The notes beneath the pieces were generated by a model. It made no database searches. It saw only the letters and a program-made list of their open reading frames with translations, and had not been told where the DNA came from. A stretch of 61,040 nt of DNA from a virus. Lineage: Duplodnaviria; Caudoviricetes. Each line of letters opens with the position of its first letter. The stretch's first letter is position 1. Where the stretch lies: IMG/VR virus record IMGVR_UViG_3300033233_000042, positions 1 to 61,040 of that record, one strand, 5' to 3'. The translations under genes were made by a program, and so were the position numbers. Below are positions 27,190 to 36,754 of the stretch, piece after piece.

Positions 27190-27403
27190 GGAAGACGAAC
27201 TGTTAGAACATCTTTGCTTAGAGGTGATCAGGTTCTACATTAACCTCAAAGACTATGTGGCGGCTAATTACGTAAGTAAAGCGCTTGCTAGCGAGTGGCA
27301 ATCTATCCTCCATCTCGCAGATGTCATGCAAGAGGTAGAAGCAGAGCGACAATTAGCCAGTAGATCCAGATCGGATCGTGTCTATGAGTCTAAACGAGAT
27401 TAG
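27161..27403 (+). CDS. Hypothetical protein (80 aa)
   Basis: AGGAG RBS; operon packing. Confidence 0.6.
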   Translation: MTMGKTMKNREDELLEHLCLEVIRFYINLKDYVAANYVSKALASEWQSILHLADVMQEVEAERQLASRSRSDRVYESKRD

Positions 27404-27992
27404 GATCTATAGTTCCAGCTCAGATAAGGGATCCTCGTGTGAGATCTGGGGAGTGCTCCTGGATGCGGGGGCTCTCCCCCGGGTTAGCCTATTCGGACGA
27501 ACCTGCTTGGTGTCGCATATGCACGGGGATCATGTCAGGAAGGCGAAGGAGTTTGAATTCCGTGGTTGCAGGGTGCTGTATCCAGGCAAAGACTTCGGGC
27601 ATAAGAGCGTGATGAAGGTGGGGGATGTTTTAGTCAAAGCTGTGCTTCTGATGCACGATATTGATTGCTACGGCTTCCTTCTTCGGAAGGGTTCAGAATA
27701 TGCTCTCTATGCTGTCGACACATACGACATCCCCTATCGATTCCCGAAACTCAGATGGCTCCTGCTTGGTATTGATTATGACGAATACACGCTCTGGAAC
27801 AGCGCTCTAAATCACGAACTTCCTCTCAGCCTAGCGGAGCGTATATCTAACTCGCACATGTCGCTAGAGAGAGCGAGGCGCTTTCTGGCTAGGCAGGAAT
27901 ATGAAAACCTGGTGATTATGCACTATGGCCAATGGCTTAACCTAGAACTAGCAAGGGAGATAGGAGGGTCATTATGGACGGAGATAAAATAA
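27378..27992 (+). CDS. Metallo-beta-lactamase-fold hydrolase (putative exonuclease)
   Basis: LLDAG, SHMHGDH, HD..CYG, DT, SHMS and MH motifs; typical RecT-module partner. Confidence 0.85.
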   Translation: MSMSLNEIRIYSSSSDKGSSCEIWGVLLDAGALPRVSLFGRTCLVSHMHGDHVRKAKEFEFRGCRVLYPGKDFGHKSVMKVGDVLVKAVLLMHDIDCYGFLLRKGSEYALYAVDTYDIPYRFPKLRWLLLGIDYDEYTLWNSALNHELPLSLAERISNSHMSLERARRFLARQEYENLVIMHYGQWLNLELAREIGGSLWTEIK

Positions 27993-28666
27993 GAAGAGAT
28001 TTTGAGGAGTTTCTCGATAAACACCCGGAGACTGTATTTGAGAAACACGGACGTAGGTTATTCGCCTCAAGCAACTTATCTGCATTCTGCTTCGAGTATG
28101 ACTATCCGATTAATCATGCAAGAAAAGAGCTAAAGAGATTAGGTGCTATAAGCAACTATGTGGTCTCTGTGCGTGATCCGGAGACTAAGACTACCGTGGC
28201 TTGTTACGCTCTAGACGGTGAAAGCAACGTCCCGGAAAATGAACTTGTGGAGGAGGCTAAACAGATTATAGAGCACGCACCTAAGATAGTGTGGGAGACC
28301 CGCATATGGATACGCAAACAGCATCTTCTTCCTCTTTGTAAGAAGTATAGCATTAGTTACTATCGCCTAATTATGATACTTCGCAGACATGGGCTTGTCA
28401 CCGGAACCAGGACAATATATGATAAAGAGACGTGCACTCTCGTCAACTCAGCAGAAGTTTTGTGTGGTGACTGGGAGAAACAAACTGTGGAGAGAGTTAG
28501 AGAGCTATTAAAGGGGAAACTGCTTGAGGGAAGGTTTGTGACACAGGATAGTCTATCAGATCTCGCCAGAAACATAAATATGGATCATAGAGATCTTGTC
28601 AGCCTTCTAAAGAAGAATGGTCTTATTGGAGATCGGATGACTGTCTTCGTAGTGAAGGGGACATAA
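27974..28666 (+). CDS. Protein with three winged-helix-like repeats (230 aa)
   Basis: Three repeats ending LKRLGAI, LRRHGLV and LKKNGLI. Confidence 0.65.
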   Translation: MDGDKIRRDFEEFLDKHPETVFEKHGRRLFASSNLSAFCFEYDYPINHARKELKRLGAISNYVVSVRDPETKTTVACYALDGESNVPENELVEEAKQIIEHAPKIVWETRIWIRKQHLLPLCKKYSISYYRLIMILRRHGLVTGTRTIYDKETCTLVNSAEVLCGDWEKQTVERVRELLKGKLLEGRFVTQDSLSDLARNINMDHRDLVSLLKKNGLIGDRMTVFVVKGT

Positions 28667-28667
28667 G

Positions 28668-28991
28668 ATGGGAGAGTTGGGAACAAGGAGGAGACGACCT
28701 GCCAGATATAACCTATTTGCGGCGAGAGTAGGCAACAGGCTCTCCTGCAGGGATATGGCTAGGATGCTCGGTATCTCGCACGAAGCCTATCTAAATATTG
28801 AGCATGGGTGGACAAAGAAGATAGACCACCGGGTGGCGCAGAAGCTGGTGGAAATATTCGGAATGAGACCGGAGGAACTCTTTGCGGGTAAAGAATTCTC
28901 TATATGCGAAAACAAAAGACTATTTAAGAAGCCTGGGCTATCCTCTAGTAGAGAAGACAGAAAACTGGAACTCGTTTGCATACAGACATAA
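28668..28991 (+). CDS. XRE-family HTH regulator
   Basis: LS..DMARMLGISHEAYLNIEHG..KLVEIFG..PEELF. Confidence 0.8.
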   Translation: MGELGTRRRRPARYNLFAARVGNRLSCRDMARMLGISHEAYLNIEHGWTKKIDHRVAQKLVEIFGMRPEELFAGKEFSICENKRLFKKPGLSSSREDRKLELVCIQT

Positions 28992-29229
28992 CGACCTGTT
29001 CGGGTTCATAGATTTTCTGGCTGTATCTCCAGAGCATGGGACGCTCGCCCTGCAGGTTACGAGCTTCTCCAATAGATCTGCTAGAAAGAAAAAGATCTTA
29101 GAGCACAGAGAGAAGGTAGAGATTCTGCTCCGGGCGGGATGGCGTGTTGCTGTCCTGTCCTGGAAAAAGAAAGGACGTTCGTGGACTCCAGACTTGCTGG
29201 AGATAACGTATGAGGTGCTATCTGAATGA
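28882..29229 (+). CDS. PD-(D/E)XK nuclease, Holliday-junction-resolvase-like
   Basis: YLRSLGY..DLFGFIDFLAV..LALQVTS; TTG start after GGAGG. Confidence 0.7.
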   Translation: MRVKNSLYAKTKDYLRSLGYPLVEKTENWNSFAYRHNDLFGFIDFLAVSPEHGTLALQVTSFSNRSARKKKILEHREKVEILLRAGWRVAVLSWKKKGRSWTPDLLEITYEVLSE

Positions 29230-30121
29230 AGTCAAGACATTCCTGGATATTGCATTCGACAAGTTATTGGATGATGAATATATCCTACTGCAATATGCCC
29301 CCAGTGGCGATAAGTTATTTACTGGTCGCTTTGCTGGTAAGAAAGAGCAAATTCTCGACTTCGTGTCTCAGCACCAGAACTACGCTTATGGGATTCATCT
29401 CTCGACAAGGAAGGTAAGCAACCTAGAGCTATTCAATGAGAGATCTAACATGTCTATGACCTCGCCTTACCGACTGCACTTTATAGCTATCGATCTAGAC
29501 CTGAGAAAGACATGGTCACAAGAAGACTTCCCGGAGTTCGAGTTGTTTGAAAAAAGCGTTCTCAACTCTCTGGTGGAATACTTAGGCAGAATGGGATTTA
29601 AGCTCAACCTGCTTGGCTATACAAGCGAGCACGAAGGTAAGAGAAATTGGTTAGGGGTCATATCTATTGTCCCAAAGCCGTGGGAATATGACCCGCTATC
29701 AGTCCTGCTTGGCTGGAACGATCTGGCTTATGTAGATCGTGGTATCACATCGCTTAAGGCTGTCAGACTGCTTGGAACAAGGAATGGAGAATCAGAATCT
29801 AGGCTTCTGAAGTTCAGAAAGACTCCGAGACAGAACATCCCTTTGGCAAAGAGAAATACAAACAGAAGCATCTCATATTCTGACTTCCCAGCAGAAGGAG
29901 CACTTGATAAGATTCTGACGAAGTATGGATACAGAGCACAAAGAGTAAGAAAAGGATATATGATCAGGTGTCCATTCCATGATGACAAAAATCCGTCCAT
30001 GCTGGTATTCGAGGATGGGCGTGGGGCATACTGCTTCGGTTGCAATAAATATTATCCCATCTCGAGGGACGGTGAGTTTATAGTGAGGGAGGATCGATAT
30101 GGAAGTAAGGGTAGACTTTAA
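29210..30121 (+). CDS. Putative AEP-type primase with C-terminal CHC2 zinc finger
   Basis: IAIDLD and RLLGTRN motifs; CPFHDDKNPS..YCFGC zinc finger. Confidence 0.7.
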   Translation: MRCYLNEVKTFLDIAFDKLLDDEYILLQYAPSGDKLFTGRFAGKKEQILDFVSQHQNYAYGIHLSTRKVSNLELFNERSNMSMTSPYRLHFIAIDLDLRKTWSQEDFPEFELFEKSVLNSLVEYLGRMGFKLNLLGYTSEHEGKRNWLGVISIVPKPWEYDPLSVLLGWNDLAYVDRGITSLKAVRLLGTRNGESESRLLKFRKTPRQNIPLAKRNTNRSISYSDFPAEGALDKILTKYGYRAQRVRKGYMIRCPFHDDKNPSMLVFEDGRGAYCFGCNKYYPISRDGEFIVREDRYGSKGRL

Positions 30122-31853
30122 ACAGAAACTATTTGAGACTGAAGGGATCCCGAAGACTGTAGTTCTTCCCTACGGGGAAAGAGTAACGTTTTCAACAATG
30201 GCTGAAGGGGGAAGGAAGCTTGCCCTTGGCTTTACTAAGCTGGTCTTGGATGGCGTCTGGTTCGGATACATCACAAAAGAGAAACGTGTGTCTGCTGTCA
30301 GAGATAACTTCATTGCATATCCTATTGGGCGGTTGAAGGTCGGAGATGAGGAATTCATGTATATCTTCTACACGCTAGGGTTTCACTTTGCGCACGAAAG
30401 AAGCGGTATTGTAATAAACGAGGTTATAGATGTTTCGAGAGTAGAAGCGTTTGATTATTCTACTCCTGTCTTTGCCAAGAATCCTAGCGCATACAAACTC
30501 TACCAGTTCGGTTTTCAGCCGCTCTCTGGCGGTGAATGGGAATTTATCGACCGCAACTCTGAGGAAATCATGCTGGCGCAAAACATCCGGGGAATAACAG
30601 CACTGCGGAAGTTTCCAACAGGAGAGATTCTCGCTCTAGGTGGGAAGAAGCTTGCTTTTGCCACAGATGCAGCATTGCATCTCTACTCTGGTGCTACAGC
30701 AAAGGCCATACTTACTAGACTTATCGAAGAGGCAGGCAAGACAGGAACCTACAATCTATCGCCGGAACAGCTTTCTCTAGTCGAATTTTCCAGAGAGAAC
30801 GAGGCTTTCAAATTCTACGAGGAATACTGCCCTGGCATTATATTGTCTCCAGAGGAAGTTCAATTATTGATCAGACTTGCTGATAATTTTAGAGTCGATT
30901 CAATCACATATAGACTCACTGAAAACGGAATGACGCTAATTCTAAAAGAGAGAGGGCTTGTAAGAGAAGTGCCCATGGATGTTTTTCTGTCGTCGAAGGG
31001 ATTTACGAAGCTGGATGGTTATTCCGGTGTAGAATATCTCACGATGTCTGACTATGCTAGGTCTAAGAAAACAAAGATTCAGGCAGTGTGGCTTGTCTTT
31101 GCTAGATATCTCCTACACAAGTTCGGAATCGACTCCAATGATCTAGCAAAGAGAACTTACGAGGAGGTTCTTAAAACTATCAGACGTATTGTATCAAGCG
31201 CAAACAAGGTGCCATCTATGAAGCATCTGCAGATGTCAGTAAAGGAACAGGCAACCAGTGGGATATTCCACACAGTCCACAAGTATATCGAAGATGGTAA
31301 GGCCTACATTCCCAAGCTGGAACTGCTGAAATACATAAAGCTAAATGAGTTTGCATATCCAGGGGATTACCAGACCTTCTCTAGAATCTTGGCAGAGATC
31401 ACGGATTCTTACAGCTACGGAAGTATGGATTGCTTCGTATTTGCACTGACAGAAGAAGAAATCAGACAAGAAGAGAAGGTTGAGAGCAGAGAAGTATTAA
31501 AAGAGTTCCTCAACAACTCTGCAGAAGATGTTCTTACTGAGATTCCGGAAAAGATGCTGGACGAGGTTAGACCGCTGGGAGTTGTATTCATAACAGGTAA
31601 CGGCAAGGCTAAGATGAGAATGACGCCTCAGGAAGTAGTATTTGATGTGCTCGGGAAAATAGAGAGAAGAGCCTCCGTGGGGCTGCAATTTGAGAGCGAG
31701 GATATTGCAAGAAGAATGGCTACTGTGTTTGAACCGTATGAGCCTAAAATCTCCGGAGACATGATTCTCTTCGGCGATACAGACTTCGGTTACGATAGGT
31801 ATTATGTAAAAATATCTGACGATGGTTATCTGGTGTTTGAAGAGGGGAGTTAA
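30099..31853 (+). CDS. Large hypothetical replication-module protein (584 aa)
   Basis: Long ORF between primase and helicase; no recognisable motif. Confidence 0.75.
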   Translation: MEVRVDFKQKLFETEGIPKTVVLPYGERVTFSTMAEGGRKLALGFTKLVLDGVWFGYITKEKRVSAVRDNFIAYPIGRLKVGDEEFMYIFYTLGFHFAHERSGIVINEVIDVSRVEAFDYSTPVFAKNPSAYKLYQFGFQPLSGGEWEFIDRNSEEIMLAQNIRGITALRKFPTGEILALGGKKLAFATDAALHLYSGATAKAILTRLIEEAGKTGTYNLSPEQLSLVEFSRENEAFKFYEEYCPGIILSPEEVQLLIRLADNFRVDSITYRLTENGMTLILKERGLVREVPMDVFLSSKGFTKLDGYSGVEYLTMSDYARSKKTKIQAVWLVFARYLLHKFGIDSNDLAKRTYEEVLKTIRRIVSSANKVPSMKHLQMSVKEQATSGIFHTVHKYIEDGKAYIPKLELLKYIKLNEFAYPGDYQTFSRILAEITDSYSYGSMDCFVFALTEEEIRQEEKVESREVLKEFLNNSAEDVLTEIPEKMLDEVRPLGVVFITGNGKAKMRMTPQEVVFDVLGKIERRASVGLQFESEDIARRMATVFEPYEPKISGDMILFGDTDFGYDRYYVKISDDGYLVFEEGS

Positions 31854-31855
31854 CC

Positions 31856-33289
31856 ATGAGAAAAGAGCCGAAAGTCATAACGGTATGGGGATTAGCAGGT
31901 AGCGGGAAGACAACATGGCTGGCGAATATCCTAGTTCAGCTCAAGGATAAGTTCACAGCAGGCAATACACTGCTTCTGACGTTCTCTCGTATGGCAACAA
32001 AGATGTTGAATGAGAAGCTACAGCAACAAGAGCACACCCTGCAGGTGTCCACATTCCATAGCTACATTGCACAGCACTACAGAAGAGCTGGTTATGCTTA
32101 CGCTCCCTTGCAGTTTGATCGGATCTCTGAGTGGTTTGAAGCGAAGGGATTCCCTAGAATTCGGCTCAGATACATGCGTGGCGGCTTCTATCAGGAAACA
32201 GGGCACTTCTATGATCACTTCAACAACTGCAGGCTACTGCTCAAACAGCCCGAAGCATATTGGGAAGAGAGCGGAGATTATGTCCAATACGGCATGTCAC
32301 CTCAGGAATTCAAACAATTGTTTAGGGAGTTTCGGGAATACATGTATAGCCTGGGGAAATTTGATTACACAGAAACGCTCATGCTCGGGCTTAACCTAAG
32401 CATTGAGGTTCCCTACGTGGTGATAGACGAGGCAAATGATATCTGCCCGTTGGTCTGGCGGCTGGTTAGAAAGTTCTGCTCTGATACCATTCTTTTGGTC
32501 GGAGACCCCAACCAGAACATCTATACCTTTGCGGGAACTAGCGATAAGTATCTCACATCATACGAACCTATAAAGCAACTTACCTTTAGCTATAGATGTT
32601 GCGACGAAGTGGCGAAATATGCAAGCCAATATCAGGTTTGGGGAGAAAAGATTGTTGGAAACGGCAGGCATGGAAAGGTCAAGCAGATTAGCCACTATTC
32701 GGAAGGCATAGACACAGAGAAAGATACTCTCCTTCTGACTTACAAGATCAGGACAGCAGAGAGGATAAGCAATATGCTATGTAGTGAAGGAATCCCGCAC
32801 AAGTTGTTTGACGATCTGCCCTTTAGTGCGAAAATCAATGCCTTAGTCAGATTCTGGACTGGGCTAGAGCATGGATGGCTTAGAATGCGGGACTTAAGAG
32901 TGCTGGAATACATTCCAGCTAAGTATGCAAAGAATAAGACTCGTCTGCTGGAGGTGGCAAAGATTCTCGAAGATAAAAACGTGTTAGACTTCCCGGAAGC
33001 GGAAATCCTGGTAAGCGGCCTCAAGAGAATGGGAATATATGGATTGTGCAAGGTCATTAAACTGGATAGAGAAGAGAGCGAGCTGGTTTTGGAATTGATT
33101 AAAAATCCAGCTTGGTATGATCCCAAGATAAGTATCATGAACACACACAAGGCGAAGGGATCAGAGGCAGATGTGGTTATCATGTATCTAGATTTCTCGG
33201 ATAGAAGGGAGGTGGACGAGAGAGAAAGAAACAAGGTCATCTATACAACAGTGACAAGAGCAAGAGATGAACTGTATGTTGTTGAGTAA
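31856..33289 (+). CDS. UvrD/Rep-like SF1 helicase
   Basis: GLAGSGKTT, STFHS, IDEAND, GDPNQNIY, SYR, THKAKGSE and YTTVTRAR motifs. Confidence 0.92.
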   Translation: MRKEPKVITVWGLAGSGKTTWLANILVQLKDKFTAGNTLLLTFSRMATKMLNEKLQQQEHTLQVSTFHSYIAQHYRRAGYAYAPLQFDRISEWFEAKGFPRIRLRYMRGGFYQETGHFYDHFNNCRLLLKQPEAYWEESGDYVQYGMSPQEFKQLFREFREYMYSLGKFDYTETLMLGLNLSIEVPYVVIDEANDICPLVWRLVRKFCSDTILLVGDPNQNIYTFAGTSDKYLTSYEPIKQLTFSYRCCDEVAKYASQYQVWGEKIVGNGRHGKVKQISHYSEGIDTEKDTLLLTYKIRTAERISNMLCSEGIPHKLFDDLPFSAKINALVRFWTGLEHGWLRMRDLRVLEYIPAKYAKNKTRLLEVAKILEDKNVLDFPEAEILVSGLKRMGIYGLCKVIKLDREESELVLELIKNPAWYDPKISIMNTHKAKGSEADVVIMYLDFSDRREVDERERNKVIYTTVTRARDELYVVE

Positions 33290-33432
33290 ATCGTCAATGA
33301 GATCAGCAACTTACGATAGGCTTTTCTCTACGGGCTTAAAAATGGCCTTAGAATCGAAATTCAGAAAGGACGATGAAACATACGTGGTAGTCTAAAAGTC
33401 GTCGTCCTGGGGCAAAATAGAGGGCTTTGAAA

Positions 33433-33612
33433 ATGAACGAGTTGATCGAGAAAAAATTAAAGGATGGAATCTATGTGGACATCACTCCACTGGTAGGCGC
33501 TGTCTGGCATTGGATACAGATTCATACAGAAAAACCAGAGATTGATCCTATGGGATGGTCAGAATTATTGACCAAAGAGGAAAAATGTGGCAAACAGGAA
33601 ACGACCACCTGA
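33433..33612 (+). CDS. Small hypothetical protein (59 aa)
   Basis: ATG after GAGGG; short and unsupported by homology. Confidence 0.4.
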   Translation: MNELIEKKLKDGIYVDITPLVGAVWHWIQIHTEKPEIDPMGWSELLTKEEKCGKQETTT

Positions 33613-33681
33613 TTCCTCGTTAGAAGTTAAGGTGGCTTCCCTGGCGCTACTACCTGTCATTCTGAGGCATTACCCAGTTGC

Positions 33682-33711
33682 ACCCCCTCGAGCGAGGGGG
33701 TTATTCATTTC
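33682..33711 (+). terminator. Terminator-like hairpin at end of early arm
   Basis: ACCCCCTCG-AG-CGAGGGGGT followed by TATTCATTT. Confidence 0.65.
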
Positions 33712-33840
33712 TCAGAAAACTGTTGACTAAGAGAAGAAGATGTGATAATCGGAAAACGATCGCTCGATCCCTCGGTTCGAGGTTAGGGCGACCATAGTAA
33801 CTGGGGTAGGCGTTCTGCGGCGAGGTCTCGGGTTCGGCGG

Positions 33841-33872
33841 ATACCCCCTCACACGAGGGGGTATTTATTTTG
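33841..33872 (+). terminator. Intrinsic terminator at convergence of early and late arms
   Basis: ATACCCCCTC-ACAC-GAGGGGGTAT followed by TTATTTT. Confidence 0.75.
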
Positions 33873-33873
33873 T

Positions 33874-34338
33874 CTAGTCTTCTGGAAGCTCAGAGCACTT
33901 GAAAATACCAAACCGCTTGGCAATAATTGGATATAAGTCTTCCGCATAGCTGGGGTCGATAATGATCTTTGGCTGTGGAATCTTCTTCTCGTCTGGATAG
34001 TTAAATATCGCTTTCTCGAATCTCACATTCTCTCTGACTAGATCTAACAATACAAGAACAACATCTAACCACTTGTCTCCCCAGATCTGTCCTAGTCTTT
34101 CCTCTAGCTTGTCTCGCATGGTGGCATAGACTAGGAGCAATACCTTCTGGTAGTCATAGCTCATAAAGACTGATAGAGCATACAAGAGATGCAAGATGGT
34201 ATATTCTGAACTACCTGCTCTGATTCTAGAAAAGATCTTGCTTCTAAATTCCGGGCTTCTGTAATAGTCTAGATCGTCCAGCTTGTTTTGGTTGTTCTTG
34301 ATTCTTTCTATAGCAAGTAATGTTCTCGCATGGCTCAT
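33874..34338 (-). CDS. Hypothetical protein (154 aa)
   Basis: Last ORF of the leftward arm, packed against terL. Confidence 0.7.
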   Translation of the reverse strand: MSHARTLLAIERIKNNQNKLDDLDYYRSPEFRSKIFSRIRAGSSEYTILHLLYALSVFMSYDYQKVLLLVYATMRDKLEERLGQIWGDKWLDVVLVLLDLVRENVRFEKAIFNYPDEKKIPQPKIIIDPSYAEDLYPIIAKRFGIFKCSELPED

Positions 34339-34340
34339 AA

Positions 34341-36116
34341 CTATGCTGTCAGTTTGAGTGTCAGATCACCTATCTTGATAATGTTCGTTGCCTTCTTGTT
34401 AAGCTTAGTCTCCTCTTCCTCTTCGTATCGATCTGGCGATATCCTTCTTAGGAATTTGTCATAGCACTCCCAGCATAGAGCGGCGGCAATTACCCTGTCA
34501 TCATGCCATCCACTCTGAGCCTCTATAACCGACCCATCTTTCACAACCCTGGTCATTTCCTCGACCAGTTCCTTAGACCTGAGGATAATTTTCCCCTCCG
34601 TAAGAGCACCACGGAATGCGCCAAGCAAAGACACCTTTGTTTCAGCCGTAGTCTTCCAGTGTCTCACGAAACTTTTCCTAAGGGCGTCCTGTCTACTGTA
34701 GAGATATTCTCTTGACTTCCTGATATTGGTATTAAACACCTCTCTTAGCTCTTCCGGAAGATTCTTAACCTCTGGAACCCAACCTTCCCTCTTGAGCTTG
34801 TCTATCTCTGCTAGGGTAGAATGACCCACACCAGTAACCTCTAGGATTACCATTGCGCTGTTGTAGATCGATGCCAGGAGAAGAACATATCTAGCCAATG
34901 CTTGGGGATCTACCTGATTATCTGCAAATTCTGCCACTTGCTCGATTCTATCCTTGTAACACTTAAACACTTGTATAACTGCATTGTCGGAATCCATATT
35001 GGCTCCCATGGTTGGATCTACGCCAACAACATATGTCCCACCTTGTTCTGGTTTCTCAAAGATGGTAAGATTGGTTGCGGAAGAGTCTTTCTCAATGATA
35101 AAGTTTCTGCTGTAATAAAGCCGATATCTTTCCGGCTTGGCTTCTTTCACGTAGTCCAGCTGAGTGTTGATGATGTTTGTGTTGAAGAAGCGCATACCGG
35201 ACAACTGGAAGGCCTGGTATTCCGTGAATGGAAATTCCTGCAAGCAGAAGTTTTCATCGTTCATATATTGTTCCGCCAACTGTTTTCTCCACCAAGCGAG
35301 CTGAGCCATCGATATTTCCACGCCATAGAGCTTTTTAACTTGTCTTATCCAGGCCGCTTCTTCCGAACTAGGAGAGTATGAATAGAACTTATAAGCTGTC
35401 GGTTCTTTGTTGGGGTCAACCCTGTAATCTTCTTTCAACCACCATCCTAGGAAGATCGCCTTCTGGACAGGAGACTTCTTAGCCGTTTCCCACATGTCAT
35501 AGAAGTCGTTGTAGCCATTCGCCGTAGATTCGTAAATAAACATTCTATACGGATGCGAGTTAGAAAGAGACGCTCTTACAGCGAAGAGGTCTTCCATATT
35601 CTTGAAGTAGGCAACCTCGGAAGCGTGTATGTAATTGAAGCCTCGAGATCGACCTACGGTTCCCTTTTTGTTCGATCTATCCGAAGTATACAGGTAATGA
35701 ATCTCCGAGAAATTGTCGAATCTGGTAAAATCCCTCGTGTTGGTCACCAAGTCCGCCTTTCTTTGCCTGGGTGGAATGTTCATGTGATAGTCACTTATGA
35801 TTGCCTTCCTAGCTAGGTTTGCATTTATGTAGTCGTTCATCATTATCGCCAGTCGAGCGCCTCGGACGGTGTAGGCATAAAAGAGATCCAGGCCAAGGAG
35901 GATCGTTGTAATGCCCATCTGCCGACCTTTTAGAATCACGAACGTCCTGCACTCGTCGTTCTCTTTCACAGCTTCCCACATCTTGTAGATTAGATACTTC
36001 TGGCTACCATACCAGTTGCCCTTGGAGAGATGCAGGAACCCTTTGTCCTTTGAGATGATTACAATATGTCTAGAATATTTAAGAAAGTTAGCAAATACAG
36101 GATCTAGCTTTGCCAT
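34341..36116 (-). CDS. terL: Terminase large subunit
   Basis: ILKGRQMGITT Walker A variant, IHASEVAY Walker B, YESTANG, VVGVDP and HDDRVIA nuclease motifs. Probable start ATG 36116. Confidence 0.92.
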   Translation of the reverse strand: MAKLDPVFANFLKYSRHIVIISKDKGFLHLSKGNWYGSQKYLIYKMWEAVKENDECRTFVILKGRQMGITTILLGLDLFYAYTVRGARLAIMMNDYINANLARKAIISDYHMNIPPRQRKADLVTNTRDFTRFDNFSEIHYLYTSDRSNKKGTVGRSRGFNYIHASEVAYFKNMEDLFAVRASLSNSHPYRMFIYESTANGYNDFYDMWETAKKSPVQKAIFLGWWLKEDYRVDPNKEPTAYKFYSYSPSSEEAAWIRQVKKLYGVEISMAQLAWWRKQLAEQYMNDENFCLQEFPFTEYQAFQLSGMRFFNTNIINTQLDYVKEAKPERYRLYYSRNFIIEKDSSATNLTIFEKPEQGGTYVVGVDPTMGANMDSDNAVIQVFKCYKDRIEQVAEFADNQVDPQALARYVLLLASIYNSAMVILEVTGVGHSTLAEIDKLKREGWVPEVKNLPEELREVFNTNIRKSREYLYSRQDALRKSFVRHWKTTAETKVSLLGAFRGALTEGKIILRSKELVEEMTRVVKDGSVIEAQSGWHDDRVIAAALCWECYDKFLRRISPDRYEEEEETKLNKKATNIIKIGDLTLKLTA

Positions 36117-36357
36117 ACCGGACACCCCTTCTATATGCCTCCACAAAGAGCAGAATGTAGTCCCTAGCTAAGTAACCATGCTTATCCACAAACCTGGCCA
36201 TAGCCTTCCAGAATTGCTTATCGAAGTTATCTTCTGGCACAATAAATCCCTTCTCTCTGAGATACTTAGAGATTTCCAGCATAAGCCGTTTATCCCCTTG
36301 TAATTCAGTTCTGATCTGTTGTAGATACTCAAAGAGAAGCCTCTTATCGAGATTCAT
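36088..36357 (-). CDS. Hypothetical protein (89 aa)
   Basis: Translationally coupled ORF upstream of terL. Confidence 0.65.
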   Translation of the reverse strand: MNLDKRLLFEYLQQIRTELQGDKRLMLEISKYLREKGFIVPEDNFDKQFWKAMARFVDKHGYLARDYILLFVEAYRRGVRYGKARSCIC

Positions 36358-36578
36358 AATTTCCTCACAATAAACTGTATAATCAACGCAGCAATAAAGC
36401 CAAGAATAGCAACAGCTAGCTTCTTCTCTGACCTTTCTATAAGAATACGAAGTTCAGTTAATTGAGTTGATATCGCACATACTTTCTCATTTAGCTCAGA
36501 AAGTGTCTTCTCCAAGTTCTGCATCTTGACCTCCAGAACTAGGGTTCTCTCGTCTAACTCCATATTCCTTCCTCCCAA
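36354..36578 (-). CDS. Coiled-coil protein with C-terminal membrane anchor (XhlA-like, ~70 aa)
   Basis: Heptad pattern followed by LAVAILGFIAALIIQFIV. Confidence 0.6.
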   Translation of the reverse strand: MGGRNMELDERTLVLEVKMQNLEKTLSELNEKVCAISTQLTELRILIERSEKKLAVAILGFIAALIIQFIVRKL

Positions 36579-36744
36579 ACAACAGAGGTATGTATGATAT
36601 AAACAAAAAGGCTAAAACATAAGGTAGGCATTGGATCTTCTCGAGCGATAATATGAACAGCACGAAGCCAAGAGCCGTCGAGATGAAGTAAGCAAAATAA
36701 CGCATGTTAACCAGTATGCCGAGCACGAGCTTAAGCACTTCCAT
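36496..36744 (-). CDS. Small membrane protein (82 aa)
   Basis: Two to three hydrophobic segments; AGGAGG RBS. Confidence 0.6.
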   Translation of the reverse strand: MEVLKLVLGILVNMRYFAYFISTALGFVLFILSLEKIQCLPYVLAFLFISYIPLLFGRKEYGVRRENPSSGGQDAELGEDTF

Positions 36745-36754
36745 TGTCTTCCTC

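Noticed and set aside
28860-28991. Programmed frameshift between the HTH and nuclease genes
   Set aside because: The 110-nt overlap is explained by a TTG start with its own GGAGG; no slippery site was seen.
33768-33840. tRNA gene suggested by GGTTCG motifs
   Set aside because: No cloverleaf, acceptor stem or correct T-arm geometry.
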